A stretch of 64,000 nt of DNA, from NCBI GenBank assembly GCA_023261845.1, contig JALNJZ010000003.1, positions 32,001-96,000 of the forward strand, written 5' to 3'. Source of the stretch: Candidatus Terraquivivens tengchongensis. Lineage in GTDB: Archaea; Thermoproteota; Nitrososphaeria_A; Caldarchaeales; Wolframiiraptoraceae. The translations under genes were made by a program, and so were the position numbers. Below are positions 49,890-60,568 of this stretch, in pieces. The notes under the pieces are model-generated. The model searched no databases, was not told the origin of the DNA, and was given only the letters and a program-made list of their open reading frames with translations. Each line of letters begins with the position of its first letter. Position 1 is the stretch's first letter.

Positions 49890-50561
49890 TTAGGCCTTTT
49901 CATATGAACCGCATGATGCGTTCTTAAGTCTCATCATTTGCTTAACAAACTCGTAATATTCCTGCGGCGACAACTCGCTAACCATTACTTCGTCAACGTT
50001 TATCACGTAGATCATGTAAAGCCTTGCGTTAAGTATCTCTTCAAGACTAACGGGCGGTTTCGTGTAGTAGAGGTCGCAGATTCTTTTAATGTAAAGTATC
50101 TCTTCCTTAGTCCTGTCCCTTGGTGGTTTTAAGAATACATGTGGCACTTGGACGATGTTATGTGGCGGCGTTCCGATGCCGAACTTTTTTGCAAAAGCGC
50201 TGTACCTAGCTATTTTGCTGGCAACCCTGGCTAAGAGATAGGTATTGGGGTCGAGTGCATGCTCAGGAGGCACGAAACCTGTCTCTATCTCGATTATGAT
50301 GTTACCATCACCTTTTACTCCATATATATCGCATGTGAGTATCTCGTTAAGCTTATGCTCAGCGTCCACCTCATATCCCTTAACGATTAGGTCGGCAGCG
50401 CAGACGACCTCCATCACGGAATGGTTTATCTTAACCATGTTGGCTTCGTATAACTTACACAATTTTTTATACACGTCGTCAAGTTTGTTTACAACTTCTT
50501 TGCCGTACTTATCGCCTATTTGCGCGATGACTTTCAAGACGTCTTCTTCGAATTTATTCAT
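49890..50561 (-). CDS. Hypothetical protein with a PD-(D/E)XK-like motif
   Basis: HSVME...EH...CDIYG.KG...IEIETG; start inferred at MNKF. Confidence 0.75.
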   Translation of the reverse strand: MNKFEEDVLKVIAQIGDKYGKEVVNKLDDVYKKLCKLYEANMVKINHSVMEVVCAADLIVKGYEVDAEHKLNEILTCDIYGVKGDGNIIIEIETGFVPPEHALDPNTYLLARVASKIARYSAFAKKFGIGTPPHNIVQVPHVFLKPPRDRTKEEILYIKRICDLYYTKPPVSLEEILNARLYMIYVINVDEVMVSELSPQEYYEFVKQMMRLKNASCGSYEKA

Positions 50562-50742
50562 CAAAGCTGTCAAAATGCTTGATAAAGATAAACTTTTGAT
50601 AAACTCCAGAAGCCACCGCAAATAACGAATGAACTGGTTTTTAAGCTCTGGCCATAATTGTAGAGCTGCTCTATGGATTAATACCGTCTTACTACTCGTG
50701 TTAAACACTTAAAACGTGATTGATGATATTACATAACCAGAG

Positions 50743-52791
50743 ATGGCAAAAGACCCCGTGTGCGGAATGTTCGTGGAGGAGACTGATGATGCTCTAAAAA
50801 CTACCGTGAGGGGTAGAACGTACTACTTCTGCAGCGAAACTTGTCTCAAGACATTCTTGATGCCTGAGGTTGAGGTTAGAAATCTGAAAAGGATGACCAT
50901 CCTTAGCTTCGCGCTAGGAATACCTGCCCTCATGTTGACATGGTTCTTGAGCCTACCCTTACCTATACCCAATAGTCTCCTGCTATTCTTTTTAGCAACA
51001 CCGGTTCAGTTTGTCGCGGGTTGGTCTTTCTACAAGGGCATGTGGCACGCTATTAAGGTCAAGTCAGCAAACATGGACACACTTATAGCCATAGGGACTT
51101 CTGCGGCATGGCTTTACAGCACGCTAGTTACGTTCATACCTTCCGTATTTCCTGAGGGTTTATACTATGAAGTATCGGCGTTAATAATAGCATTCGTACT
51201 TCTCGGAAGATTACTCGAGCATGTTGTAAGGAGGAAGGCATCGGATGCTGTGAGGAAGCTTATGGAACTCCAACCAACCACAGCAAGAGTGCTACAGGAT
51301 GGCACCGAGACAACAGTCCCCGTCGAGAAGGTAAGGGTTGGCGACCTTTTGTTGGTTAAACCAGGCGAGAAGATACCGGTAGATGGTGTAGTCGTCGATG
51401 GTCATTCGACAGTTGATGAAAAAGTGATCACAGGTGAAAGTATTCCTGTAGAGAAGGAAGTGGGCAGCGAGGTCATAGGTGGTACGATGAACAGAAGCGG
51501 AATCCTCTTGATTAGAGCTACTAGGGTTGGAGCCGACACCACTTTATCCCAGATAGTAAGACTTGTCGAAGAAGCTCAGGCCGCACAAGCTCCGATAGAA
51601 CGTTTAGCAGATAGAGTGGCCTCCTACTTCGTTCCCGTGGTCGTGGGCATCAGCATAACCGCATTCTTAATATGGTACTTCCTTTTCAGTAATCCGCTCA
51701 CCGGTCTTACGGCATTCATAGCAGTTTTGATAATAGCTTGCCCTTGTGCCTTGGGTTTAGCGACACCGGCAGCCGTGGTGGTTGGTTTAGGAAAGGGTGC
51801 TGAAAACGGTATTTTGATAAAAGGTGGCGAAAATCTTGAAAGGGCATATAAAATAACTACCGTGGTCTTTGATAAGACGGGCACACTCACAAAAGGTGAA
51901 CCAACAGTAACTGGCATCATCCTGTTAGATGAAATGGATGAGAAAGAAGTCATGAGGCTGGCCGCATCCGCAGAGTCTGGCTCGGAGCATCCTTTAGGGG
52001 AGGCCATAATTAAGAAGGCGAAAGAACTCGGAGTAGAACCTGTCAGACCGGAAAGCTTCGAGGCAGTTCCCGGCAAAGGTATTCTGACAACCGTGAATGG
52101 AAAACGTGTAGCAATAGGCAACAGGAAATTATTCCTTTCGTTGGGTCTTGAATTATCCGAACTGGAAGAAATTTTGAGGGCACTTGAGCAGGAAGGTAAA
52201 ACGGTGTTGATAATTTCGATTGATAAAAAGCCGGTTGCCCTAATAAGCGTGGAGGACGTTCTGAAGGAGCATGCGGCCGAAGCAGTGAACCAGCTGAAAT
52301 CCATGGGCCTCGAAGTCGTAATGCTTACGGGTGATAACGAAAGGACGGCGAAGGCTATAGCAAAGCAGCTGGGGATCGAACACGTGGTGGCAGAGGTCTT
52401 GCCTTCTGAAAAGCTCGAAAGCATAAAAAAGCTTCAGACGAAGGGAAAGATCGTGGCGATGGTCGGTGATGGCGTGAACGATGCTCCGGCGCTGGCTCAG
52501 GCCGACGTAGGAATCGCCATAGGTAGTGGAACAGACGTTGCGATAGAGACTAGTGGTATAGTCCTGATAAGAGAGGACTTAAGAGATGTCGTGGCAGCGA
52601 TAAAGCTCAGCAGAGCTATGATGCGCAAGATAAAGCAGAATCTTTTTTGGGCTTTCGCTTACAACATGGCGCTTATACCGGTGGCCGCCATAGGCTACCT
52701 CAACCCTATACTGGCCGGTATAGCCATGGCTCTGAGCTCGGTCAGCGTAGTCACGAACTCTCTTACGTTAAAAAGGCTGAGACTAAGATAA
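50743..52791 (+). CDS. copA: Cu(I)-transporting P1B ATPase with N-terminal YHS/TRASH domain
   Basis: DPVCGM..FCS..C, CPC, DKTGT, SEHP, YN, MALSS. Confidence 0.95.
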   Translation: MAKDPVCGMFVEETDDALKTTVRGRTYYFCSETCLKTFLMPEVEVRNLKRMTILSFALGIPALMLTWFLSLPLPIPNSLLLFFLATPVQFVAGWSFYKGMWHAIKVKSANMDTLIAIGTSAAWLYSTLVTFIPSVFPEGLYYEVSALIIAFVLLGRLLEHVVRRKASDAVRKLMELQPTTARVLQDGTETTVPVEKVRVGDLLLVKPGEKIPVDGVVVDGHSTVDEKVITGESIPVEKEVGSEVIGGTMNRSGILLIRATRVGADTTLSQIVRLVEEAQAAQAPIERLADRVASYFVPVVVGISITAFLIWYFLFSNPLTGLTAFIAVLIIACPCALGLATPAAVVVGLGKGAENGILIKGGENLERAYKITTVVFDKTGTLTKGEPTVTGIILLDEMDEKEVMRLAASAESGSEHPLGEAIIKKAKELGVEPVRPESFEAVPGKGILTTVNGKRVAIGNRKLFLSLGLELSELEEILRALEQEGKTVLIISIDKKPVALISVEDVLKEHAAEAVNQLKSMGLEVVMLTGDNERTAKAIAKQLGIEHVVAEVLPSEKLESIKKLQTKGKIVAMVGDGVNDAPALAQADVGIAIGSGTDVAIETSGIVLIREDLRDVVAAIKLSRAMMRKIKQNLFWAFAYNMALIPVAAIGYLNPILAGIAMALSSVSVVTNSLTLKRLRLR

Positions 52792-52845
52792 AAAGCATCA
52801 AACAAGATTTTTATCCTAAATGTTGAAGTTTTAATCGAATAAAAT

Positions 52846-53613
52846 ATGAGCGTAGGCAGGAGCTTACTAAACATCATATACAACAGAAGAACTATCAGAA
52901 AGTTCAAACCCGCTGATATACCAGAAGAGTTACTCAACATGATAGTAGAGGCGGGTCAAAGAGCACCCTCATACAACCAGGCATACTCGTTCATACTCGT
53001 CAGCGATAAAGAAAAGAGGAAAGCACTCGAGGATATTTGTGATGTAAAGTACATATCGAATGCTTCTGCGATAATAGTCATATGTAGCGACCTTAATAGG
53101 GTTAGTAAGATGTATGATTACCTCAACCGAAACCATGTTTTGACCTCTGATGAATATCCTGTCGAGACAATATACAGCATATTTGAGACGGGGCTTGCAA
53201 CGCAGAACATGATCATTGCAGCCGAAGTTTTGGGCTTCGGCACCGCTCTACTTGACTGTGTGCTTGTTGAGGCAGAGCGAGTAGCGGCCTTGCTGGAGCT
53301 CCCAAAGGGGGTGATTCCCATAGGCCTCCTCTGTATAGGTGAAAAAGATGAACTGCCACCCAAGAGACCTAGGTGGCCGTTACGCATAGTTTTTCATAAA
53401 AATAAGTACCGAGAGCCGAATCCTTACGAAATCGCTAACTACGTCGAAGAATCTGCAGAAATATATGACCAAGAGGGTTATTTGATGAAGTACGCGGGTA
53501 TACCTATGAAATACAAGGATTACTTAATAGCAAAGGTTGAACGAACGAAAGAGGTAGAAAAGAAGTATGAAAAACTATCAAAATTCCTCAGGAAGTTAGG
53601 CTTTAAGATATAA
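52846..53613 (+). CDS. Nitroreductase/flavin reductase (NfsA-like)
   Basis: RRTIRKF, APS, AAEVLGFG, RPRWP. Confidence 0.88.
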   Translation: MSVGRSLLNIIYNRRTIRKFKPADIPEELLNMIVEAGQRAPSYNQAYSFILVSDKEKRKALEDICDVKYISNASAIIVICSDLNRVSKMYDYLNRNHVLTSDEYPVETIYSIFETGLATQNMIIAAEVLGFGTALLDCVLVEAERVAALLELPKGVIPIGLLCIGEKDELPPKRPRWPLRIVFHKNKYREPNPYEIANYVEESAEIYDQEGYLMKYAGIPMKYKDYLIAKVERTKEVEKKYEKLSKFLRKLGFKI

Positions 53614-53677
53614 TTGCACCGCTAGATAACAATCCTAAGCTTTTTATACTATTGATGTAAAAAGCGTACCCGAAAGT

Positions 53678-54751
53678 ATGACGGAAATAGAACAACAAGT
53701 ATTGAATATGCTAAGGGAATACTCCCAACTTGTCGAGAGGGCTATAGAGCGTTACATGCCAAGAAAGTTTACACAGGAAGCTGCTACTAGGTTATTTGGT
53801 AAGCCGAGGTTTTCGTACGAACCTGAATCATTGACCAAGGCGATATCCGAACCATTCTGGGACCTTATAGATAGAGGCGGAAAGAGATGGAGACCAGCCT
53901 TGCTTTTACTGACGTATGAAGCGTTGGGCGGTAACGCTGAGGATATAGTGGACATAGCCATAATACCCGAAATCGTCCATAACGGTACGCTAATAATCGA
54001 TGACGTAGAGGACAACGGAGATTTTAGGCGCGGCAAGGAGTGCATCCACAAAATTTATGGTGTTGATATAGCGGTCAACGTTGGCAATGCGATGTATTAT
54101 CTCCCGCTTTTGGGTCTGCTGAACGATGATAGGATACCTGCCGATAAGGTTCTTGCGATCATGCGGTGTTATGTTGAGGAAATGCTTAAGCTGAGTCTAG
54201 GTCAGGCAATGGATATAGCTTGGCATAAAGGACTCGTTGAAGAAATTACCGAAGAGCACTATATGCAGATGTGTGCTTTCAAAACAGGTTCGCTGTCGCG
54301 TATGGCGGTCGGAATAGCCGGTATAATGGCCGGCGCTAGTCATGGACTCTTAGAAGGCCTAAAGGAGTTCGCGGAATCTCTCAGCATAGCTTTCCAGATA
54401 CAGGACGACATACTAAACATCGTGGGCGATATGACGAAGTATGGTAAGGAGATAGGGGGCGATATAAAGGAAGGCAAGAGGACGTTGATGGTGATATACG
54501 CATTGAAGCATTTGCCGAAGGATGAGGCAAACAGGCTCAAGGAAATCCTTTCGTTACACACGAACGAGCCCAGCCTAATAGAGGAGGCAATCACTCTGAT
54601 AAAGAAGAGCGGAGCGATAGAGTATGCGAGCGGAGTCGCCAGGGAGCTGGTCAGCAAGTCTTGGACGGTGCTAGATAAGCTCCTACCAGATACACCCGCA
54701 AAGAAGAAACTCAAGGCTTTAGCGGATTTTCTAATCACCCGCGAATTCTAA
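53678..54751 (+). CDS. Polyprenyl diphosphate synthase (GGPP synthase-like)
   Basis: GGKRWRP, DDVED..RRG, GQAMD, KTG, FQIQDD. Confidence 0.95.
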   Translation: MTEIEQQVLNMLREYSQLVERAIERYMPRKFTQEAATRLFGKPRFSYEPESLTKAISEPFWDLIDRGGKRWRPALLLLTYEALGGNAEDIVDIAIIPEIVHNGTLIIDDVEDNGDFRRGKECIHKIYGVDIAVNVGNAMYYLPLLGLLNDDRIPADKVLAIMRCYVEEMLKLSLGQAMDIAWHKGLVEEITEEHYMQMCAFKTGSLSRMAVGIAGIMAGASHGLLEGLKEFAESLSIAFQIQDDILNIVGDMTKYGKEIGGDIKEGKRTLMVIYALKHLPKDEANRLKEILSLHTNEPSLIEEAITLIKKSGAIEYASGVARELVSKSWTVLDKLLPDTPAKKKLKALADFLITREF

Positions 54752-55879
54752 CACAGTCGTTTGTTCGGCACGTGCTAGCCTTTTAAGAGCCTCAATTTTT
54801 GATGCTTTCTCCAACTCTGCTGCCTCGATCATCTCTCTTAAGAAATTCGTTACCTCATCCATAGTCCTCCTTGATACAGGATATGGCACACCATCCTTTC
54901 CGCCAACAGCAAAACTATACTTCACAGGGTCCCTCCAGTCAATCTCTGCGCCGAATATGAGTGTAGCAATAAGAGCCAGCGCCCTGACGGTCGACGGCCC
55001 AACTCCCCTTATCTCGACAAGTTCCTCATAATTTCTTGGCTTGAGCTCGTACACCTTTCTCAACAAATTCCAGTTAATAGTTTTTGGCATGCGAAGATAT
55101 GCTGGGGTTTTTTCTATCACCATCGCATCAGTCCCTTCATCCAACCATCTGGTCAAGCTTTCCTGCTTATTGAGATTGTTGAACATGCGTATCAACTTTG
55201 ATGGTGATTCGCATACAAGGTCAACAGAAACTTTTCTAGCGTCCTCGCACTTTCTTGATGTCATGTTAAGAACCACGGATGATACGCCGTCGCTGACTAT
55301 GGAAGAGTGTGGTTCAACAACGAAGTTCTTCACGGCCTCACCGAGCCAGTGGTACCTTCTTGCATAACCTTCTGAAACATTCATTCCTTGTTGCACTACT
55401 GCCCACTTTCCTTTTTCATCTATAAATATAGTATGATGGTAAAGTTCATAACCATCCTGGACGAGCGCGTTATCAACCTTTGCGGACAATCTGCTTGCAC
55501 GTAGCAAATACTCCACCATTCCTTCATCAAATCCATACGAGATGAGCGTCGACCTTAACTCATCAGGCGTCCTTTTGCTTTTCAAACCCTTTCCGCCAGC
55601 GACCATGACACCATGTTTATCGAGGTTTAAGCTATCCCTAAGAACTCCAGTCACCACGGTGGTCAGACCACTTGAGTGCCAATCAAAACCAAGGACGCAA
55701 CCGAACGACTGGAACCACAAAGGGTCTGATACCCTCCTGAGAAACTCTCCTGTATCGTAACTATCAACGATAACGGAGACTATGGCATCCGCAAGCTTTT
55801 TCATCTTCTCTATAAGCCAGATTGGTGCATGGCCAGAATGTAGTGGTAGCTCGGCAATACCCGTCTTTACAGGTGTCAT
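54731..55879 (-). CDS. DUF763 family protein, canonical copy
   Basis: LPLH.GHAP, GFDWHSSG, AKVDN..VQDG, GGKDGVP. Confidence 0.92.
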   Translation of the reverse strand: MTPVKTGIAELPLHSGHAPIWLIEKMKKLADAIVSVIVDSYDTGEFLRRVSDPLWFQSFGCVLGFDWHSSGLTTVVTGVLRDSLNLDKHGVMVAGGKGLKSKRTPDELRSTLISYGFDEGMVEYLLRASRLSAKVDNALVQDGYELYHHTIFIDEKGKWAVVQQGMNVSEGYARRYHWLGEAVKNFVVEPHSSIVSDGVSSVVLNMTSRKCEDARKVSVDLVCESPSKLIRMFNNLNKQESLTRWLDEGTDAMVIEKTPAYLRMPKTINWNLLRKVYELKPRNYEELVEIRGVGPSTVRALALIATLIFGAEIDWRDPVKYSFAVGGKDGVPYPVSRRTMDEVTNFLREMIEAAELEKASKIEALKRLARAEQTTVLEFAGD

Positions 55880-55999
55880 TCATATTTATCAGAAACTCGG
55901 ATGATAATAAATGTAGTGTTCGTTAGAGCATTTGTGTCGTGGTTGAAAATGAACGTTTTTATCAAACTGTAGGCTCCCGATTATTATGGTGTATGCAAG

Positions 56000-56482
56000 T
56001 TGAAGATGGAGATAATAGATGTAAAGGTGCCTGAAGGTTGTAATGTTATATTCGGCATAACGCACTTCATAAAGAGTGTGGAAGACATCTATGAAGCGAT
56101 AGTGAACTCCGTACCAGGAGCGAAGTTCGGCTTGGCGTTTGCTGAGGCCAGCGGTCCATGCCTCATCAGGCATGAGGGTACGGACGGGGAACTAAGAAAG
56201 CTCGCGGCCGAAACGTTGCTCAAGATCGGGTGCGGTCATACGTTTTTGGTTTTTATAAAGGACATGTATCCTATAAACGTGCTGAACAGGTTAAAAGAGG
56301 TGCCCGAGGTCTGCACAATTCTGGCAGCCACAGCTAACCCGCTTCAGATTGTTATAGTCGAGTCGGAGCAGGGCAGGGGCGTGCTTGGTGTGATTGATGG
56401 TTACAAATCAAAGGGAATAGAAGGAGATGAGGACATAAAGAAAAGGAAGGAATTCCTAAGGAAGATAGGATACAAATTGTAG
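56000..56482 (+). CDS. DUF355 adenosine-specific kinase family protein
   Basis: HFIKSVED, FAEASG, PINVLN, ATANP, IGYKL. Confidence 0.9.
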   Translation: MKMEIIDVKVPEGCNVIFGITHFIKSVEDIYEAIVNSVPGAKFGLAFAEASGPCLIRHEGTDGELRKLAAETLLKIGCGHTFLVFIKDMYPINVLNRLKEVPEVCTILAATANPLQIVIVESEQGRGVLGVIDGYKSKGIEGDEDIKKRKEFLRKIGYKL

Positions 56483-56490
56483 CCGAGCGT

Positions 56491-57834
56491 TTAGAGGGTA
56501 CTCTTTGTGAATTCAACGTCGGTAACGAGTGCCCAAGGTGCATAGACTGGCGTTTCTACTTCCCACCACTCTATCCAGTGCCTCTCCGCGCTTAGAGCCG
56601 CTACGGAGCCCAGGAGCTTTATCATGTTACCGACGAGTCTTAGACCCTTGATTGGCACCTCTATGCTACCGTTCTTTATCATGAAGAGACCGTCCCTCGG
56701 TACTGTGGAGAAATCCCCCTCTCTGTAGTTTGAATATCTTAGATACCAGTCATTCGTTACGTATATGCCTCTATCGATCCCAGAAATCAATTTCTCAAAA
56801 GTCTTATCACCAGCTTCAACAACCAGGTTAAACGGTGTAGGGACTATTATCCCAGCATTCGCAGTACTTACAGTACCGTGCCTCTTCGCTGTTGTGCTGT
56901 TATGAAGATAGGTTTTCAAGATACCGTTTTCTACGATTACGTTCCTCCTAGTCGGCAACCCCTCATCATCGAAAGGCTCGGCACCATAGGTATTATGCAA
57001 CGTAGGATCATCGATTAGCGTGAATTTCTGCGAAGCGACCTGCTTTCCTAGCATATCGACCAAAAATGACGCCCCGATGTCAACGTTAAAGGCGGACGCT
57101 GCTGAGCCGAACTCATCGACGATATGAGCAAACGTCATAGGTCCTAAAATCGCGTCGTATTTGCCCGGCTCACCTTCGACAGGATTCAGAGCCATCTTTG
57201 CTATCTCACCAGCAATAGAACCAACCTCTTCTGGCCTAAATTCTGAACTATCAGCAGCAACCGTGGCAAACTGTCCCGTGGCATCGTCTGCCGCAAACGC
57301 TCTCACAGAAAGCGCTACAGCACTCTTCGTGGACGAGGCCTCTACGTTACCACTAGTGCAAAGCACGGTCTTGTCATTCATAGACCTAAGGGAACCCGCG
57401 ACCCTTTTAGCACCGGCGGATATCGCAGAGTTTACGGCAGCATTTACGTGATCGATGAGTATGTTGGGCTCCATAGCAACCTTGCCAACTTTTAGAAGAC
57501 GTTTATTATACTTAAACGGGCCATTTGGAAGGGGCGCATAAACATCCGAAGGTTGAACGGTCTTAGCGGTAGATACCAATCGTTCAACCGTTCGTTCAAT
57601 TGAAGCTTGTGAGAGGTCAGTTATTGTGCCCGTAACCCTTCTCTCTTTAAATGCTACGTACATTTCTAGCATAACGTTCTTGAAAGAGTTCGAAATGGTG
57701 ATGTTGTTATTCGAAAACCTTATCATCGTAGAATTTGATATGTTTAACCTTACTGCCGCATCGGAAGCGCCTAGCTTCAGAAATTTTCTAACAAGCTTTC
57801 TCGGAAGTTCCTGGACCTCTAAAGTGGTTGACAT
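56491..57834 (-). CDS. TldE/PmbA family protein
   Basis: RFSNN, FDDEG, STANAG, GDFS; no HExxxH. Confidence 0.9.
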   Translation of the reverse strand: MSTTLEVQELPRKLVRKFLKLGASDAAVRLNISNSTMIRFSNNNITISNSFKNVMLEMYVAFKERRVTGTITDLSQASIERTVERLVSTAKTVQPSDVYAPLPNGPFKYNKRLLKVGKVAMEPNILIDHVNAAVNSAISAGAKRVAGSLRSMNDKTVLCTSGNVEASSTKSAVALSVRAFAADDATGQFATVAADSSEFRPEEVGSIAGEIAKMALNPVEGEPGKYDAILGPMTFAHIVDEFGSAASAFNVDIGASFLVDMLGKQVASQKFTLIDDPTLHNTYGAEPFDDEGLPTRRNVIVENGILKTYLHNSTTAKRHGTVSTANAGIIVPTPFNLVVEAGDKTFEKLISGIDRGIYVTNDWYLRYSNYREGDFSTVPRDGLFMIKNGSIEVPIKGLRLVGNMIKLLGSVAALSAERHWIEWWEVETPVYAPWALVTDVEFTKSTL

Positions 57835-57900
57835 GCCGAGCCTCGTTACGCTGAACGAGAATAAAAGTTTAAACCTTGAACTTGACCGATTTATAAGGGA

Positions 57901-59553
57901 ATGTACGCAATTCCAGAGGATAGGTTAAATCTATTCGCACAAACAGCGCTCGAAGCTTCGAGAAACCTCTTTAAAGAAGATGACGTATCATGCCTCTGCA
58001 TTTATGGATCGCAAGTTTCTGGCTATTCTTCAAAGAGTAGCGACTTGGATGTGTTGTGTGTAGTGAAAGGTTTCAAAGAGGACATAAAGTATTACTATCT
58101 AAGGAATTTCGAGCCTACCGTCGCCGTCTTAGCGGTTGACGAAGATGCTATGAGGAGTGATGTGACAAGCGGTTCTTTGGGAGAATTCGTTGCAGGAAGA
58201 CTCCTAACGCCGTTTTATCCTGTTGTAGGCGTCGCGCTTTTGAAAGAATTCGATAAGACCTACAAGAAGAATGTTGTTTTGGAACTATGTGATAATCTGA
58301 TACTGGAACACAGGATGGCGGCGAGCGAGCTCTTGATACGACCCGAGTATTTTCTCTTCGAGAAGTTAAGGAGAAGGGCTTTGATGTACCCGCCAGCGCG
58401 CTATAGTTATTCAAAGATATTTTCTGGTCCCTATAAGAAGGTGAATACAGAAATTTGCATGAAAGGGTTCCATGCAGCTTTTGCGGAATTGGAATCTGAA
58501 GGTCTACTGGTCAAGGATGGCGAGTATTATCGCCTGTCTAACAAGTTTGTAGTTTCAACCTTAAACAGGGTAAGCACATTTGCCAAGAAACTTTATGATT
58601 TCGAAAGAATGTTTAAGATGTATCTCGTGCACGGTTATGCAGGGCGCTTTAACCCGCGTATCATAGCGGAGGAACTCTACTCAAAAATCAGGAGGTCGCT
58701 ATTTTACAAAGTTGAAGATGAACTTCCGGACCCGGAAGAATATGTGTTCATAAAAACCGCCATAGGAGAACAACCGTTAAAAGAGCGATTTGACATCCTA
58801 GATTTCGTTGAACAAGTTTATGACGTAGACAGAAATCAAATATCTATAAAGAAAATAGGCAGGATGCTTAACTCGACTTACGCGGTCACGATCCGCACAA
58901 AAGATTCAGAAGAGAAAATCTTTGTGAAGAAATACCTTAACTGGACAGATCTGAAGTGGGTAGTGGCGAGAATTTGGACCGTCGGTGTGAAGAATTTTTC
59001 GGTCGTAGCTGAAGTCAGACTTTCAAATGAAGTTTACTTCGTTAACAAGCTAGCGGAACTTGGCTTTAATACAGCTGACATATACCATGTAAATTGGAAG
59101 AAGAAGATGTTGTTCCAAAAATTCATCGAAGGACAAGACCTCATGCAGATATGGACGTCAGGAAGTGAGCAAAACGTGCGACAGAAGGCGGCGTTTATAG
59201 TAGGGAAAGAATTGGCAAAGATTCATCAATACAACATCACATTAGGTGATTGTAAACCTGAAAACGTCATAATCTCTGGAGACAAAGTTTACATAACAGA
59301 CTTAGAACAAGCTTCGTTCAACGGTGATAAGGCATGGGACTTAGCAGAGATTATCCTTTACATAGGACATTATCTCGATGTAAATAAATCGGTAGAATAT
59401 GCGCGCTCCCTTTTATCTGGATACCTATCCGTCGGAAGCAAGGATGTTCTGGAGAATGTTATTAGTGGTAAGTATACATCGCTCTTGGTACCTTGGACAC
59501 CCGTATGGGTGCAGAAGAGAGTTCTTAGCGAGGTGAAAGCGTTTCTTCGATAG
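57901..59553 (+). CDS. Pol-beta-type nucleotidyltransferase fused to an APH/Bud32-like kinase
   Basis: YGS-x9-DLD at the N-terminus; VKK, IH..LGDCKPEN, DLE and WDLA at the C-terminus. Confidence 0.8.
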   Translation: MYAIPEDRLNLFAQTALEASRNLFKEDDVSCLCIYGSQVSGYSSKSSDLDVLCVVKGFKEDIKYYYLRNFEPTVAVLAVDEDAMRSDVTSGSLGEFVAGRLLTPFYPVVGVALLKEFDKTYKKNVVLELCDNLILEHRMAASELLIRPEYFLFEKLRRRALMYPPARYSYSKIFSGPYKKVNTEICMKGFHAAFAELESEGLLVKDGEYYRLSNKFVVSTLNRVSTFAKKLYDFERMFKMYLVHGYAGRFNPRIIAEELYSKIRRSLFYKVEDELPDPEEYVFIKTAIGEQPLKERFDILDFVEQVYDVDRNQISIKKIGRMLNSTYAVTIRTKDSEEKIFVKKYLNWTDLKWVVARIWTVGVKNFSVVAEVRLSNEVYFVNKLAELGFNTADIYHVNWKKKMLFQKFIEGQDLMQIWTSGSEQNVRQKAAFIVGKELAKIHQYNITLGDCKPENVIISGDKVYITDLEQASFNGDKAWDLAEIILYIGHYLDVNKSVEYARSLLSGYLSVGSKDVLENVISGKYTSLLVPWTPVWVQKRVLSEVKAFLR

Positions 59554-60568
59554 GGATGGCATACTCCTTATTCATACCCTCGAACGTACCGATTAGTAAC
59601 CACTTAAAGTGACGCCCACTTCTCAAATTCGTAACGCATTCTACCTTCCCAAAAGCCTCTATCCGTGTACCCTCTTTGAACATCGCGGTGAATGTTCCAT
59701 CAAAACATGCTAATATTTCTACATCCTTAGCGTATTCCTGTTCCGCCTCCACATCGGATAACTTGTAGATGGCTGGCATGAAGCACGATTCTGATGCATC
59801 AGAAATTACGGCCCTTATTTTAGCAAGACCCAGCCTACGGTAAACAACCTCACCATAACTTCTTGTCACTTCTTCGTCCAACCTAACGCCATGGATCGAG
59901 AAGGGCGTCCCTTTGTAGATGCATTTGTTCCTCAATAGCCTCGCCAGCCTTGATATTTTGCTCACCGGAATGGGGTACTTCATGCTTGTCCTCCTAATCC
60001 AATCATTCAACCTGAATTCATCAAGAGGTTTAACACCGTCAATTGAGTGCAGGTTATGCAATACCTTCCAAAAGTTGTTTTTCCCGTATACGACAAGGTC
60101 TATGTCCGACCTTTGATGATGCATTTTTAAGAGTATGGAACCGGTAATTCCCATGTTTTTAATTTCTACACCAGAGACCGCGGTTATTAATTCCACTAAT
60201 TCCTTAGTCTTACTCTCAAGTTCGTCCAAATTATCGCTTTCCATCATATCATGCAATCTTTCATCACATCTATATAATTTCGATATCTTGTTAAACGGAA
60301 CGCAAGACATCTCGGCATCTGTTGTTTCGTCGTAAAAAACATACTCAGGTTTATTTTTCTTGAGAAAATTTATCGTGTCAAGTAACTCTTGCATCGAATA
60401 CGTACATATGGTCCTCTTAAAACTTTTTCCCCATCTTGACCATACACCGTCACCTGGCAAATATTTTAAATAAGCGATAACTCTATCATGGGGGTGCTCC
60501 TCGCCTACTATGCAGAAGAACCACTCCTCTTGCGTTTCAACATAATCTTTGTCTCTAAACATTCTCAA
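59525..60568 (-). CDS. COG1665-like predicted nucleotidyltransferase (paralog A)
   Basis: HP...AYLKY, GITGSIL...SDIDLVVYG, C-terminal OB-like domain. Confidence 0.8.
   Translation of the reverse strand: MRMFRDKDYVETQEEWFFCIVGEEHPHDRVIAYLKYLPGDGVWSRWGKSFKRTICTYSMQELLDTINFLKKNKPEYVFYDETTDAEMSCVPFNKISKLYRCDERLHDMMESDNLDELESKTKELVELITAVSGVEIKNMGITGSILLKMHHQRSDIDLVVYGKNNFWKVLHNLHSIDGVKPLDEFRLNDWIRRTSMKYPIPVSKISRLARLLRNKCIYKGTPFSIHGVRLDEEVTRSYGEVVYRRLGLAKIRAVISDASESCFMPAIYKLSDVEAEQEYAKDVEILACFDGTFTAMFKEGTRIEAFGKVECVTNLRSGRHFKWLLIGTFEGMNKEYAIPIEETLSPR

Noticed and set aside
56491-57834. TldE without an adjacent TldD as a novel system
   Set aside because: The partner may simply be encoded elsewhere in the genome
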